This document shows positions 36,412 through 45,980 of a stretch of 64,000 nucleotides of DNA, piece by piece. The stretch's first letter is position 1. Each line of letters opens with the position of its first letter. The notes under the pieces are model-generated. The model was not told where the DNA came from and did no database searches. It was given only the letters and a program-made list of their open reading frames with translations. This DNA comes from an uncultured Acidobacteriota bacterium (GTDB lineage Bacteria; Acidobacteriota; Vicinamibacteria; Fen-336), in the NCBI GenBank assembly GCA_963720545.1, contig OY970399.1, positions 1,568,001 through 1,632,000 of the forward strand, given 5' to 3'. Both the position numbers and the translations under genes were made by a program.

Positions 36412-37779
36412 CTAGGTCTCCAGGATGGCCGCGACCGACTCGCGAAACGCCTCGGTGTGGCGGTCGATGTCGAGCGCCGTCGCCTGCGGCGCGATGAGCG
36501 CCATGTTGTGGAACGGCGTCATCAGGATGCCGCGGTTGAGCGCGGCGAGGTGCATGTAGCGGTCGAGTTCATGGTCGACAGCGGCCGCGGCTTCGCCGCC
36601 ATTTCGCGGGGCTTGCGGGGCGAACCAGTACTCCGCCCGGCACCCCAGTTGTTTCACGATCCAGGGCAGCAAGAACTCGGCGATTGCCGCCTCGACGCCG
36701 GCCGCGAAGCGTGCGGCGAGCGGAACGGTGCGCGCGAACGCCGCTTCGGTGAGCACCGACTCGAGCGTGGCGCGCATCGCCGCGAGCGACAATGCGTTGC
36801 CGGCGAGCGTGCCGCCGGTGCCGTTCGTGTCGGAGTCGGCGGCCGGCGAGCATTCGGCGACGCGGTGCGCGACCTCGGCCGAGAGGCCGTAGACCGCCGC
36901 GGGAATGCCGCCGGCGATGGGCTTGCCGAGCACCAGCATGTCGGGCTCGAGGTTGTGGGCGCGCGTGTAGCCGCCCGGTCCGGCGCTGATGGTGTGGGTC
37001 TCGTCAATGACCAGCAGCGTGCCGGTGCGGCGTGTCAGCTCGCGCAGTCCTTCGTGGAAGCCCGGTTCCGGCAGGACGATGCCGATGTTGGTCATCGCCG
37101 GTTCGGCGAGCACGCAGGCGACGTCGCCGGGCAAAAGCGCCGCCTCGAGCGCCGCGAGGTCGTTGAACTCGACGACCTTCGTGGTGAGCGCCGGGTCGAC
37201 CGCGGGCCCGAGGTTCCCAGGACGGGCGCGTGCCTGGCCGTCCGCGCCCAGCACCACCAACGTCTCGTCCACGGTGCCGTGATAACACCAGTTGAAGACC
37301 AGCACCTTCGGCCGCCCGGTGATGCCGCGCGCCAGCCGCAGCACGAAGCGGTTGGCGTCCGTCGCGGTCAGTGCCACCTGCCAGTACGGCAAGGAGAAGC
37401 GCCGCTGCAGCTCCTCGCCCACCCACACGGCGTCGGCGGTCGGCAGCATGAATGTGGTGCCGCGGCGCAGCCTTTCGATCGCCGCGGACACCGCCGGCCA
37501 CGGTGCGTGGCCGGTCATGGCGCCGGTGTCGCCGAGGCACAGGTCTACGTAGTCATGGCCGTCCGCGCAGGTGAAGTGCGTGCCGCAGCCGCTCTCCACG
37601 AACAACGGAAAGGCGCCGGCCCAGCGCACCATCCAGTTCATCGGCACGCCGCCGAGCAGCGATCCCCGGGCGCGCTCGAAGAGCGCACTCGAGCGCGGGT
37701 GGGCGGCGGCGAACCGCGCGTCCTCGGCGGCGGTGGCCGTGGCGAGGCGTTCCCGCGAGATTGGCGTGGCGCCGCTCAA
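36412..37779 (-). CDS. Class III aminotransferase (GVPMNWM/DETHT subtype)
   Basis: GGVPMNWM, DLCLGDTGAM.GH, ATDANRF, CYHGTVDE, IDETHT, GKPIAGG, TPFHNM. Confidence 0.9.
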   Translation of the reverse strand: MSGATPISRERLATATAAEDARFAAAHPRSSALFERARGSLLGGVPMNWMVRWAGAFPLFVESGCGTHFTCADGHDYVDLCLGDTGAMTGHAPWPAVSAAIERLRRGTTFMLPTADAVWVGEELQRRFSLPYWQVALTATDANRFVLRLARGITGRPKVLVFNWCYHGTVDETLVVLGADGQARARPGNLGPAVDPALTTKVVEFNDLAALEAALLPGDVACVLAEPAMTNIGIVLPEPGFHEGLRELTRRTGTLLVIDETHTISAGPGGYTRAHNLEPDMLVLGKPIAGGIPAAVYGLSAEVAHRVAECSPAADSDTNGTGGTLAGNALSLAAMRATLESVLTEAAFARTVPLAARFAAGVEAAIAEFLLPWIVKQLGCRAEYWFAPQAPRNGGEAAAAVDHELDRYMHLAALNRGILMTPFHNMALIAPQATALDIDRHTEAFRESVAAILET

Positions 37780-37786
37780 GGCGCTT

Positions 37787-39247
37787 CTAGTACCAGCCGA
37801 TCGGCTGCTCGTTCAGGTTGATGTGCACCTGCTTCACCTGCAGGTACTCCTCGGCGCCCCACGGCCCCAGCTCGCGGCCGATGCCCGACATCTTGTAGCC
37901 GCCCCAGGGCGCCTCGACGTAGGTCGGCTGCATGTGGTTCACCCAGATGATGCCCGCCTGCAGCCGCTTCACCATGCGGAAACACTTGAAGATGTCGCGG
38001 CTCCACACCGCCGCGGCCAGGCCGAACGGCGTGTCGTTGGCGATGCGCAGCGCATCCTGCTCCTCGTCGAACGGGATCACCGACATCACCGGGCCGAAGA
38101 TCTCCTCGCGCGCGATGCGCGCGGAGTTGTCGACGTCGTAGAAGATCGTCGGCTGCACGTAGTATCCCTTTTCGAGCCCGGCCACCGTGGCCATGGCGCC
38201 GCCGGTCGCGACCTTCGCTTCCTTCTTGCCGATCGCCTGGTAGGAAGCGATCCGATCGCGCTGTTCGCGCGACACCACCGGCCCCATCTTGGTGGCGCGG
38301 TCCATCGGCTCGCCGAGCGTGATCTTCTTGGCCTTCTCGACCATTGCGTCCACCATCTTCTTGTATATGGAACGCTGCACCAGCACGCGGCTGCCGGCCG
38401 AGCAGACCTCGCCCTGGTTGATGAAGACGCCGAACAGGGCGCCGTCCACCGCAGACTCGAAGTCGGAGTCGGCGAAGAAAATGTTGGGCGACTTGCCGCC
38501 GAGCTCGAGGCTCACCTTCTTCAGCGTGTCGGCGGCGGAGCGGGCGATCATCTTGCCCACCTCGCTGCTGCCGGTGAAGGCGATCTTGTCGACGTTCTGG
38601 TGCGAGACGATCGCGGCACCCGTCTCGCCATAGCCGGTGACGATGTTGACCACACCCTTCGGCACGCCGCAGTCGGCGAAGAACCTGCCGAACTCCAGGA
38701 GCGTCAAAGGCGTCTGTTCGGCCGGCTTGATGACGACCGTGCAGCCAGCGCAGAGCGCCGGCGCGATCTTCCACGCCGCCATCAGCAGCGGGTAGTTCCA
38801 GGGAATGATCTGGCCGGCCACGCCGAGCGGCTCGCGCATCGCCAGCGAAACCGCATTGTCCGGCACGTTCAGCACCTCGCCGTGGATCTTGGTGGCAAGC
38901 CCGCCGTAGTACTCGAAGCAGGTCGCGACGTCGGTGAGGTCGTATTCCGCCTCGACGATCGGCTTGCCGCTGTTGCGGGTCTCGATCTCGGCCAGCCGCG
39001 GCAGCTCCTGGCGCATGCGTTCGGCGAGGCGCAGCAGGATGCGGCCGCGCTCCTGCGCGGTGACCTCGCGCCATTCGGTGTCGAAGGCGCGGCGCGCCGC
39101 CTGGACGGCCCGATCCACGTCGTCGGATCCAGCATCCGGTACCTTGGCCATGACCGTATCGGTCGAAGGGTTGAAAACATCGAAGGTCTTGCCCGATTTC
39201 GCGCCGACCCACTCGCCGTCGATCAACATCGCATACGTTTTGGTCAT
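37787..39247 (-). CDS. Aldehyde dehydrogenase (betaine/amino-aldehyde type)
   Basis: IPWNYP, KPAEQTP, FTGS, LELGGKSP, NQGEVCSAGSR, EEIFGPV, PWGGYK.SG.GRELG. Confidence 0.95.
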   Translation of the reverse strand: MTKTYAMLIDGEWVGAKSGKTFDVFNPSTDTVMAKVPDAGSDDVDRAVQAARRAFDTEWREVTAQERGRILLRLAERMRQELPRLAEIETRNSGKPIVEAEYDLTDVATCFEYYGGLATKIHGEVLNVPDNAVSLAMREPLGVAGQIIPWNYPLLMAAWKIAPALCAGCTVVIKPAEQTPLTLLEFGRFFADCGVPKGVVNIVTGYGETGAAIVSHQNVDKIAFTGSSEVGKMIARSAADTLKKVSLELGGKSPNIFFADSDFESAVDGALFGVFINQGEVCSAGSRVLVQRSIYKKMVDAMVEKAKKITLGEPMDRATKMGPVVSREQRDRIASYQAIGKKEAKVATGGAMATVAGLEKGYYVQPTIFYDVDNSARIAREEIFGPVMSVIPFDEEQDALRIANDTPFGLAAAVWSRDIFKCFRMVKRLQAGIIWVNHMQPTYVEAPWGGYKMSGIGRELGPWGAEEYLQVKQVHINLNEQPIGWY

Positions 39248-39323
39248 GATTTGCCGCCCCCGGTGGTTCCGGCCGGCAGGATACGACGGCACAACTTTCG
39301 CAGCAAATGGTGCAGCCGTTTGC

Positions 39324-39353
39324 TTGACAGTTCGTCGACGGCCCGATTACAGT
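39324..39353 (+). promoter_or_regulatory. Sigma70-like promoter of the TonB-dependent receptor
   Basis: TTGACA-N18-TACAGT. Confidence 0.6.
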
Positions 39354-39382
39354 CCGCTCCAGTTCTGCCCGGGGGTTTACCT

Positions 39383-42115
39383 ATGAGCCGTATCCGCCCT
39401 GTTGCGATCGCCATGATCCTCCTCGCGATTGCAATCCCTTCCTTCGCCCAGCGCACGACCGGTTCCGTCCTGGGAACGGTCACGGATGAATCCGGCGCGG
39501 TGCTGCCCGGCGTCACCGTCACGCTGACAGGCGCCAACGTCGTCGGCACGCAGAGCTCGGTCACTTCCGAGCGCGGCGGCTATCGTTTCGCCGCCCTGCC
39601 GCCCGGCGATTACACCGTCATCTTCACGATGTCGGGGTTCTCGACCATGAAGCGCGACGGCGTCAAGGTGCCGCTGGGCGGCACGGTCGAAGAGAACGTC
39701 GGCATGAAGGTGAGCTCGCTGTCCGACGAGATCACGGTGAGCGGCGAGGCGCCGGTCATCAACACGGCCTCGAACCAGGTGAGCACCAACTACGACAAGG
39801 ACTGGGTGCGCAACGCGCCGATGAAGCGCTACTCGTTCTTCGACCTGATCGCGGCGGCGCCGGGCGTCAACCAGAGCACCTCCAACAACGAGCGCGCCAC
39901 TTCGTTCGGCTCGGCCACCACCGACAACTCCTACCAGCTCGACGGCACCGACTTCACGGCGCCGCTGACCGGCGCCGCGTGGCCGTTCCCGAACACCGAC
40001 GCCATCGAGGAAATCGAGATCCTGTCGCTCGGCGCGCCGGCCGAGTACGGCAACCTGCAGGGGGCGGTCTTCAACCTGGTCACCCGCCAGGGCTCGAACG
40101 CCTTCCACGGCGACCTCAACTACTATCACCAGAGCCAGGGCCTGACGAGCAGCAACACGACCCGCGAGCAAGACGACGGCTTTCCATACACCCGCGTGAA
40201 GTTCAACGACTACACGGCGCAGATCAGCGGGCCGGTCATCAAGGACAAGCTCTGGTTCTTCGCGTCCTACCAGCACCAGGCGAACTACGAGGCGCCCGCC
40301 GGCGTGCCCAAGGAGTTCCCCACCAAGCAGGATGCCGACCGCGTGTTCGGCAAGATCAACTGGCAGATCAGCGACCGCAACAAGCTGATGTTCGCCTACC
40401 ACGACGACTACTATCGGCTGCCCGGCTCGTCGAACGCGATCACCGACCCCAACTCGGTCACCGTCGAGCACGGCCACAACCCGTCGCCGAACCTCACGTT
40501 CACGTCGGTGCGTTCCGACAAGACCTACATCGAGGCGCGCGTCTCGGGGTTCTACGGGAAGGACCACGGCGACCCCATCGTCGACGGCCAGCCGCGGGTG
40601 AAGCCGCGCTTCCTCGACTTCGACACCGGCGAGACGCTGGGCGGCATCTACTCCTGGTATGACGGCACCAGCGACAAGACTGCGGCCTCGGCGAAGATCT
40701 CGCATTTTGCCGACCACTTCATGGGCGGCAGCCACGACTTCAAGTTTGGCGTTCAGTTCAACAGCGGCGGCAGCGACTACGCCACCGGTCCGAACGACTA
40801 CATCTATACGTACAGCGGCGTGCCGGCCTACGGGTACACCCAGGTTCCCTACCACAGCGCCGGAAAGATGCGCGCGCTCGGGTTCTTCTTCGACGACACC
40901 TACCGTATCGGGTCGCGCCTCACCGTCAACTTCGGCGCGCGCTACGACAACAGTAAGGCCAGCTTCGACGCCTACCCCATCCTCGACAAGCTCGGCGACG
41001 AGACCGGCGCCTCGACGGCAGCCGTAGACAAGTTGTTCACCTGGAACGTGGTCTCACCGCGCCTCGGCTTCACCTACAAGATGACCGAAGACGGCAAAAC
41101 CGTCCTCAAGGGACATTGGGGTCGGTACTACCGCGGTATCGTCACCGGCGAATTCACCGGAGTGACCCCGTCCATCACGCCGCGGTTTCTGTTCGACGGG
41201 ACTTACGACGATGCCGGCAATCCGCAGAACCTGGAACTGGTGTCGGACATCTCGAACCTGCACGTCGATCCCAGTTTCAAGGACCCGACTACCGACCAGT
41301 TCATCCTGAGCTTCGAGCGCGAGATCGCGCAGAACCTGGGCGTGTCGGTCAACTACGTCTACAAGAAGGGCAAGCACTACGGCGGATGGATCGACACCGC
41401 CGGCACCTACGAGTCCGTACCCTTCACCGACGAGACCACCGGGAAGACGCTCAACCTGCTGCGGCTGACGAGCGAAACCACCGATCGGCAGTTCCTGCTG
41501 ACCAACCCCGACCCGATGTTCACCAAGTACAACGGCGCGACCTTCCAGCTCACGAAGCGGATGTCGAATCACTGGCAGACCGTTGTGTCGCTGGTGTGGT
41601 CGCGCTCGACCGGCCGCCTCGGCTCGAGTTTGCTCGGGCCATTCTCACGCCAGAGCGGCATCAGCCCCACCTTCGGCCAGAACCCGAACGACTACATCAA
41701 CACCGACGGACGGCTCATCGAGGACCGGCCGTTCGTGTTCAAGACGCAGTTCTTCTACGAGCTGCCGAAGGGCTTCCAGGTGGGCTTCAACTTCATCCAC
41801 CAGTCGGGCCGCCCGTTCGGACGCACGATCAACCCCAGTGACTTCCTCAACATTCCGAGCACCGTGACGCTGCTCGAGCCGATCGACGGCTCGCTGCGAG
41901 TCGCGAACTCGAACGTGTTCGACATCCGCGCGCAGAAGGACATCACGCTCTCGGGCGACGTCAAGCTCGGCCTGTTCCTCGACGTCCTCAACCTGTTCAA
42001 CAACGCCGCGAACGAGAACGTCGGCAGCCGGCTGGTGTCCTCGGATGCCTTCGGCCGCGCCACCGACATCATCTACCCGCGGCGCGCCATCCTCGGGGCG
42101 AAAATCCACTTCTAG
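39383..42115 (+). CDS. TonB-dependent receptor with N-terminal carboxypeptidase-regulatory-like domain (Oar-like)
   Basis: Signal peptide; GTVTDESGAVLPGVTV, GYRF..LPPG.Y; SGSN-like QGSNAFHG; GPVIKDKLWFF; SPRLG; C-terminal Phe. Confidence 0.93.
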   Translation: MSRIRPVAIAMILLAIAIPSFAQRTTGSVLGTVTDESGAVLPGVTVTLTGANVVGTQSSVTSERGGYRFAALPPGDYTVIFTMSGFSTMKRDGVKVPLGGTVEENVGMKVSSLSDEITVSGEAPVINTASNQVSTNYDKDWVRNAPMKRYSFFDLIAAAPGVNQSTSNNERATSFGSATTDNSYQLDGTDFTAPLTGAAWPFPNTDAIEEIEILSLGAPAEYGNLQGAVFNLVTRQGSNAFHGDLNYYHQSQGLTSSNTTREQDDGFPYTRVKFNDYTAQISGPVIKDKLWFFASYQHQANYEAPAGVPKEFPTKQDADRVFGKINWQISDRNKLMFAYHDDYYRLPGSSNAITDPNSVTVEHGHNPSPNLTFTSVRSDKTYIEARVSGFYGKDHGDPIVDGQPRVKPRFLDFDTGETLGGIYSWYDGTSDKTAASAKISHFADHFMGGSHDFKFGVQFNSGGSDYATGPNDYIYTYSGVPAYGYTQVPYHSAGKMRALGFFFDDTYRIGSRLTVNFGARYDNSKASFDAYPILDKLGDETGASTAAVDKLFTWNVVSPRLGFTYKMTEDGKTVLKGHWGRYYRGIVTGEFTGVTPSITPRFLFDGTYDDAGNPQNLELVSDISNLHVDPSFKDPTTDQFILSFEREIAQNLGVSVNYVYKKGKHYGGWIDTAGTYESVPFTDETTGKTLNLLRLTSETTDRQFLLTNPDPMFTKYNGATFQLTKRMSNHWQTVVSLVWSRSTGRLGSSLLGPFSRQSGISPTFGQNPNDYINTDGRLIEDRPFVFKTQFFYELPKGFQVGFNFIHQSGRPFGRTINPSDFLNIPSTVTLLEPIDGSLRVANSNVFDIRAQKDITLSGDVKLGLFLDVLNLFNNAANENVGSRLVSSDAFGRATDIIYPRRAILGAKIHF

Positions 42116-42118
42116 CGC

Positions 42119-44242
42119 TTAGCGGGAACCGATCTCGCGCAGCCTTTCCCTTGCAGCCGTGAACGACGGCTGCAAGGCGAGCGTCTTGCGGAACCAAGGC
42201 TCGGCGTCTGCCGGGCGCGACTGGCGCAGCAGCGTGAGGCCCAGGTTGTAGTTGTAGAGCGGATCCTTGCCGTCGAGCTTGACGGCTTCGCGGAACACCT
42301 TCTCCGCTTCCGCCATCTGCCCCTGGCCACCCAGCACCATGCCGAGCGAGTTCCAGTAGGACGCCTGCGTGCCGTCGAGGGCGACGGCTTCGCGCAAGAG
42401 CCGGATGGCATCGCCGGGACGGTTTGCGTCGCGGTACATCTCGCCCAGCTGCACCTTGGCGAGGGCGTTCTTCGGTGCCAGCGCGACCGCCGCCTCGTAG
42501 GCGCGCACGGCGTCCTGCGGGCGCTCGAGGCGGCGGAAGATGCGCGCCTGCGCCAGCGGCAGCTGCGAGTCGGTGGGCGCGGCCTTCACGCCGCGCTCCA
42601 ATGCCGCGAGCGCGCCGGCGCTGTCCCCCATCTCGAGGCGCGCATCGGCGATGCCGACGTAGGCGGCACCGTAACCCGGCAGCCGCTCCAGCGCTTTCTC
42701 GTAGTGCGCGGCGGCGTCGCGGTAGCGCCGCGTCTGGGCCAGCGCCCGGGCCAGGTAGTAGTGCAGCTCGAAGCTCTCGATGCCGCGCTTCTGCAGCTCC
42801 GCGAAGCGCACGACGCTGTCCTGCGGCCGCTGCTCGCGCAGCGCCACGAGGCCCTCGCGCATCAGGCGGTTGACGAGCTTGTAGTCCTCGACCTTGTCCT
42901 TGGGATCGGCGCCAGTGGCGGCACCGGCTGGCACCGTACCGGCGCCGATGTAGCCGAGAGCGCCGAGCTTTTCGAGCATCTCGGGCGGGATGGCGGCCGC
43001 GGCGCCGCTGTCCTTTGCCCGCGCCTTCTCGGCCGTGAGCCATTGCGCGAGGGCGCCACGCAGCGCCGCGGCTTTGGCCGGCTGGCTCGCCGCGAGGTTT
43101 TGCAGCTCGCCGGGATCGTCCTTCAGGTCGTAGAGCTCGGCGCGCGGCGCCTGGATGTACTTGTAGCGGCCGTCGCGCAGCGTTCGCAGGTCGCTCCAGC
43201 CGAAGTGCAGCAGAGGCACCAGCGACTCGGCATAGATCGGCTCGCTGCCCGCGACCGCGCCGCCGCGCAGCGCCGGCGCCAGGCTGCGTCCCGAAAGCTT
43301 CAGCCCTGGTGGCTGCGCCATGCCGAGGAGCTCGAGAGCCGTCGGAAAGACGTCGACCGTGCGCGCGGGTGCGTCGAAGCGACGGCCGGGCACGACGCCT
43401 GGCGCACGAATCACGAGCGGCACGTGCAGGGTCGACTGGTAGACGAAGAAGCCGTGGACGCTTTCGCCGTGCTCGCCCAGGCCCTCTCCATGGTCGGAAG
43501 TGACGACGAGCGCCGTGCTGTCGGCGACCCCGAGGCGTTTCAGCGCGGCGTCGAGCCTGCCGACCAGTTCGTCCGACCAGGCCACTTCGCCGTCGTAAGG
43601 CCGCCCGGGGTAGCGCGAGGCATAAGGTTCCGGCGGTTCGTACGGGTCGTGCGGATCGTAGAGGTGCAGCCACAGGAAGAAGCGCCCCTGCGCCGCGTTC
43701 TGCTGCAGCCAGTCGATCGCCTCCGCGGTCGGCCCGTCGCCGCGCTTCTGGATGGTGTTGAGAAAGCGCGCATCGTCCTCGCCGATCTCGAAGCGGTCGG
43801 AGTAGGTCGCAAAACCCCGCGCCAGGCCCGACTGTCGCGACAGCACCACCGACGACACGAACGCGGCGGTGCGGAAGCCGGCCTGCGCCAGCGTGTCGGC
43901 GAGCGTCGGCACCGCGGCGACAAGGCCCGGGGTGACGTTGTCGCGCTGGCCGTGTTCGGCCGGGTACAGGCCGGTGAAGAGGCTCGTGTGCGACGGCCGG
44001 GTCAGCGGCACGTGCGCCGAGGCATTCGTCGCCAGGGCACCCGCGGCGGCCATGGCGTCGATATGGGGCGTCGCCACCGAAGCGCCGTAGCAGCCAAGGT
44101 GGTCGGCGCGCAGCGTGTCGATGGTGACGATGACCAGGTTCTTCGAGGTGGGCGGCGGCGGCGCGGTGCGGGTGCAGCCCGCGACGAAGAGCAGCAACGA
44201 GGCGGCGGCCAGTCCCAGTCCCCGCTTCGAGGTGGCGGCCAT
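42119..44242 (-). CDS. Sulfatase-like hydrolase with C-terminal TPRs (lipoprotein)
   Basis: Lipobox VAGC; IDTLRADH, PLTRPSH.SLFTG, HLYDPH, TSDHGE, LGALGYI, then TPRs. Confidence 0.9.
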   Translation of the reverse strand: MAATSKRGLGLAAASLLLFVAGCTRTAPPPPTSKNLVIVTIDTLRADHLGCYGASVATPHIDAMAAAGALATNASAHVPLTRPSHTSLFTGLYPAEHGQRDNVTPGLVAAVPTLADTLAQAGFRTAAFVSSVVLSRQSGLARGFATYSDRFEIGEDDARFLNTIQKRGDGPTAEAIDWLQQNAAQGRFFLWLHLYDPHDPYEPPEPYASRYPGRPYDGEVAWSDELVGRLDAALKRLGVADSTALVVTSDHGEGLGEHGESVHGFFVYQSTLHVPLVIRAPGVVPGRRFDAPARTVDVFPTALELLGMAQPPGLKLSGRSLAPALRGGAVAGSEPIYAESLVPLLHFGWSDLRTLRDGRYKYIQAPRAELYDLKDDPGELQNLAASQPAKAAALRGALAQWLTAEKARAKDSGAAAAIPPEMLEKLGALGYIGAGTVPAGAATGADPKDKVEDYKLVNRLMREGLVALREQRPQDSVVRFAELQKRGIESFELHYYLARALAQTRRYRDAAAHYEKALERLPGYGAAYVGIADARLEMGDSAGALAALERGVKAAPTDSQLPLAQARIFRRLERPQDAVRAYEAAVALAPKNALAKVQLGEMYRDANRPGDAIRLLREAVALDGTQASYWNSLGMVLGGQGQMAEAEKVFREAVKLDGKDPLYNYNLGLTLLRQSRPADAEPWFRKTLALQPSFTAARERLREIGSR

Positions 44243-44244
44243 GG

Positions 44245-45012
44245 CTAGAGGATGGTGCGGCGCTCGAAGTTGCGGGCGCCGACGAGAGCGAAGAACGCGG
44301 TGAAGAACACGGTGCCGCCGAGCAGCAGCGGCAGCGGCATGTGCGGCACGTTCGGCGTTACCGCGTAACGCATCGACTCGCTCATGAAGGTGAGCGGGTT
44401 CAGCAGGAACACGTACTGCAGCGGGCCCATCACGCCGAGCGAGGCCCACGGGTAGTAGGCGCAGCCGAACATCATCATCGGGCCGAGGATCACCGCGAAC
44501 AGCAGGCCGGTGAAGCGCTGCTGGATGGCCGTGCCAAGCGTCAGGCCGAAAGCGGCCGACAGCAGGCCGCCGAGGATGGCGAAGGGCGGCAGCGCCAGCC
44601 AGTTGGGGCGCACCGTGCTGCCGGCGAGGCGGTGCATGAGGAACACCATCACCGGCAGCGCCAGCACGCCGGCTAGCGTTGCGTGCACGGAGCCCGCGAG
44701 GATCTTGCCAAATGCCACCTCGCGCACGCTGATGGGCGCCAGCAGCCGCTCGTCCACCTCGCGGCTGCCGCCGAGGTCCACGACCAGCGGCATCAGCACG
44801 CTCTGTACCCCCGCCATCAGGATCGAGATCGACATGAGGCCGGGCAGCATGGCGGTGCCGAAAGCGTCGGAGACGAGCCCGAGCCGCGGCAGGATGTTGC
44901 CGAACACCAGCACGATGAGGATCGGCTGGGTCATGGTGCCGAGCAGCAGGAACGGCAGGCTCTTGCCGATCACGTAGAGGTCGCGGTAGAGGAGCGCCAG
45001 GAAGGTCTTCAA
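44245..45012 (-). CDS. ABC-2 type transporter permease
   Basis: Six TM segments, RLLAPI, LNPLT; TTGA overlap. Confidence 0.88.
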   Translation of the reverse strand: MKTFLALLYRDLYVIGKSLPFLLLGTMTQPILIVLVFGNILPRLGLVSDAFGTAMLPGLMSISILMAGVQSVLMPLVVDLGGSREVDERLLAPISVREVAFGKILAGSVHATLAGVLALPVMVFLMHRLAGSTVRPNWLALPPFAILGGLLSAAFGLTLGTAIQQRFTGLLFAVILGPMMMFGCAYYPWASLGVMGPLQYVFLLNPLTFMSESMRYAVTPNVPHMPLPLLLGGTVFFTAFFALVGARNFERRTIL

Positions 45013-45980
45013 TCGCGCAGCTCGCGGCCGGTAAGGTGGATGTAGACGTCCTCGAGGCTCGGCGGAGTCAGGCTCACGTGGTGCAGCTCGGCGCCTTGCT
45101 CGCGTGCCGCCGCCAGGACGCGGTCGAGGATGCCCTCGCGCGACGAGAGGAAGAGGCGAATGCGCTCGAGGTCGCTGTTCTCCTCGGCGACCCCTTCGAC
45201 GCGCGCGACGCCGGCAAGCGTCCCGAGCAGGGGTGCCAGCGGCGCCTGGCCCTTGATCCACAGGTCGAGGATGTCGCCGCCGGGCAGCGAGGCCTTGAGC
45301 GCCGCGGGCGTGTCGAGGCGCAGGATCTTGCCGTGATCGACGATCGCGAGGCGCTCGCAGAGGAGATCGGCCTCTTCCATGTTGTGGGTGGTGAGGATGA
45401 TCGTCAGGCCGCCGCGGTGCAGGCGCGCGAGGGTTTCCCACAACAGGCGCCGCGCCTGCGGATCGAGGCCGGTCGTGGGCTCGTCGAGCAATAGCACCGC
45501 CGGGTCGTGCATCAGCGCGCGCGCGATCATCACCCGCTGCTGCATGCCGCCCGAGAGCGTCAGCGGCTTGGCATCGGCCTTCTCTTCCACCTGCATCTCG
45601 CGCAGCAGCCGTTCGGCGCGGCTGGCGATTTCCTGCGCGTCGAGCGCGAAGTAGCGGCCGTGAAAGGTGAGCACCTGGCGCACGCTCAGGTCGCGGTCGA
45701 GGTTTCGCACCTGCGGCACCACGGCGATCGCGCGCTTGGCGCGCCTGCCGTCCTTCACCACGTCGATGCCGTCCACCAGGATGCGGCCGCCGGTGGGCTT
45801 CACCATGGTGGTGACGCAGCCTATGGTGGTGCTCTTGCCGGCACCGTTCGGCCCCAGCAAGCCGAAGAACTCGCCGCGCGCCACCGTGAACGACACACCG
45901 CGCACCGCTTCGACTGCCGGGGTGCGGCGCCGCGCGGGATAGGTCTTGTGCAGGTCCTCGACGACCAGCGCCTGGTTCAC
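45009..45980 (-). CDS. ABC transporter ATP-binding protein (DrrA-like)
   Basis: GPNGAGKST, LSGGM, LLLDEPTTGLDP, TTH, PSLEDVYIHLTG. Confidence 0.95.
   Translation of the reverse strand: MNQALVVEDLHKTYPARRRTPAVEAVRGVSFTVARGEFFGLLGPNGAGKSTTIGCVTTMVKPTGGRILVDGIDVVKDGRRAKRAIAVVPQVRNLDRDLSVRQVLTFHGRYFALDAQEIASRAERLLREMQVEEKADAKPLTLSGGMQQRVMIARALMHDPAVLLLDEPTTGLDPQARRLLWETLARLHRGGLTIILTTHNMEEADLLCERLAIVDHGKILRLDTPAALKASLPGGDILDLWIKGQAPLAPLLGTLAGVARVEGVAEENSDLERIRLFLSSREGILDRVLAAAREQGAELHHVSLTPPSLEDVYIHLTGRELRD

Noticed and set aside
37571..39382. 1514-aa ORF suggesting a giant TBDR fusion
   Set aside because: The N-terminal 604 codons are antisense to ALDH; the true start with signal peptide and promoter is 39383. 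The same artefact affects 2867-5353, 13137-14504, 16711-18783 and 61331-63088.
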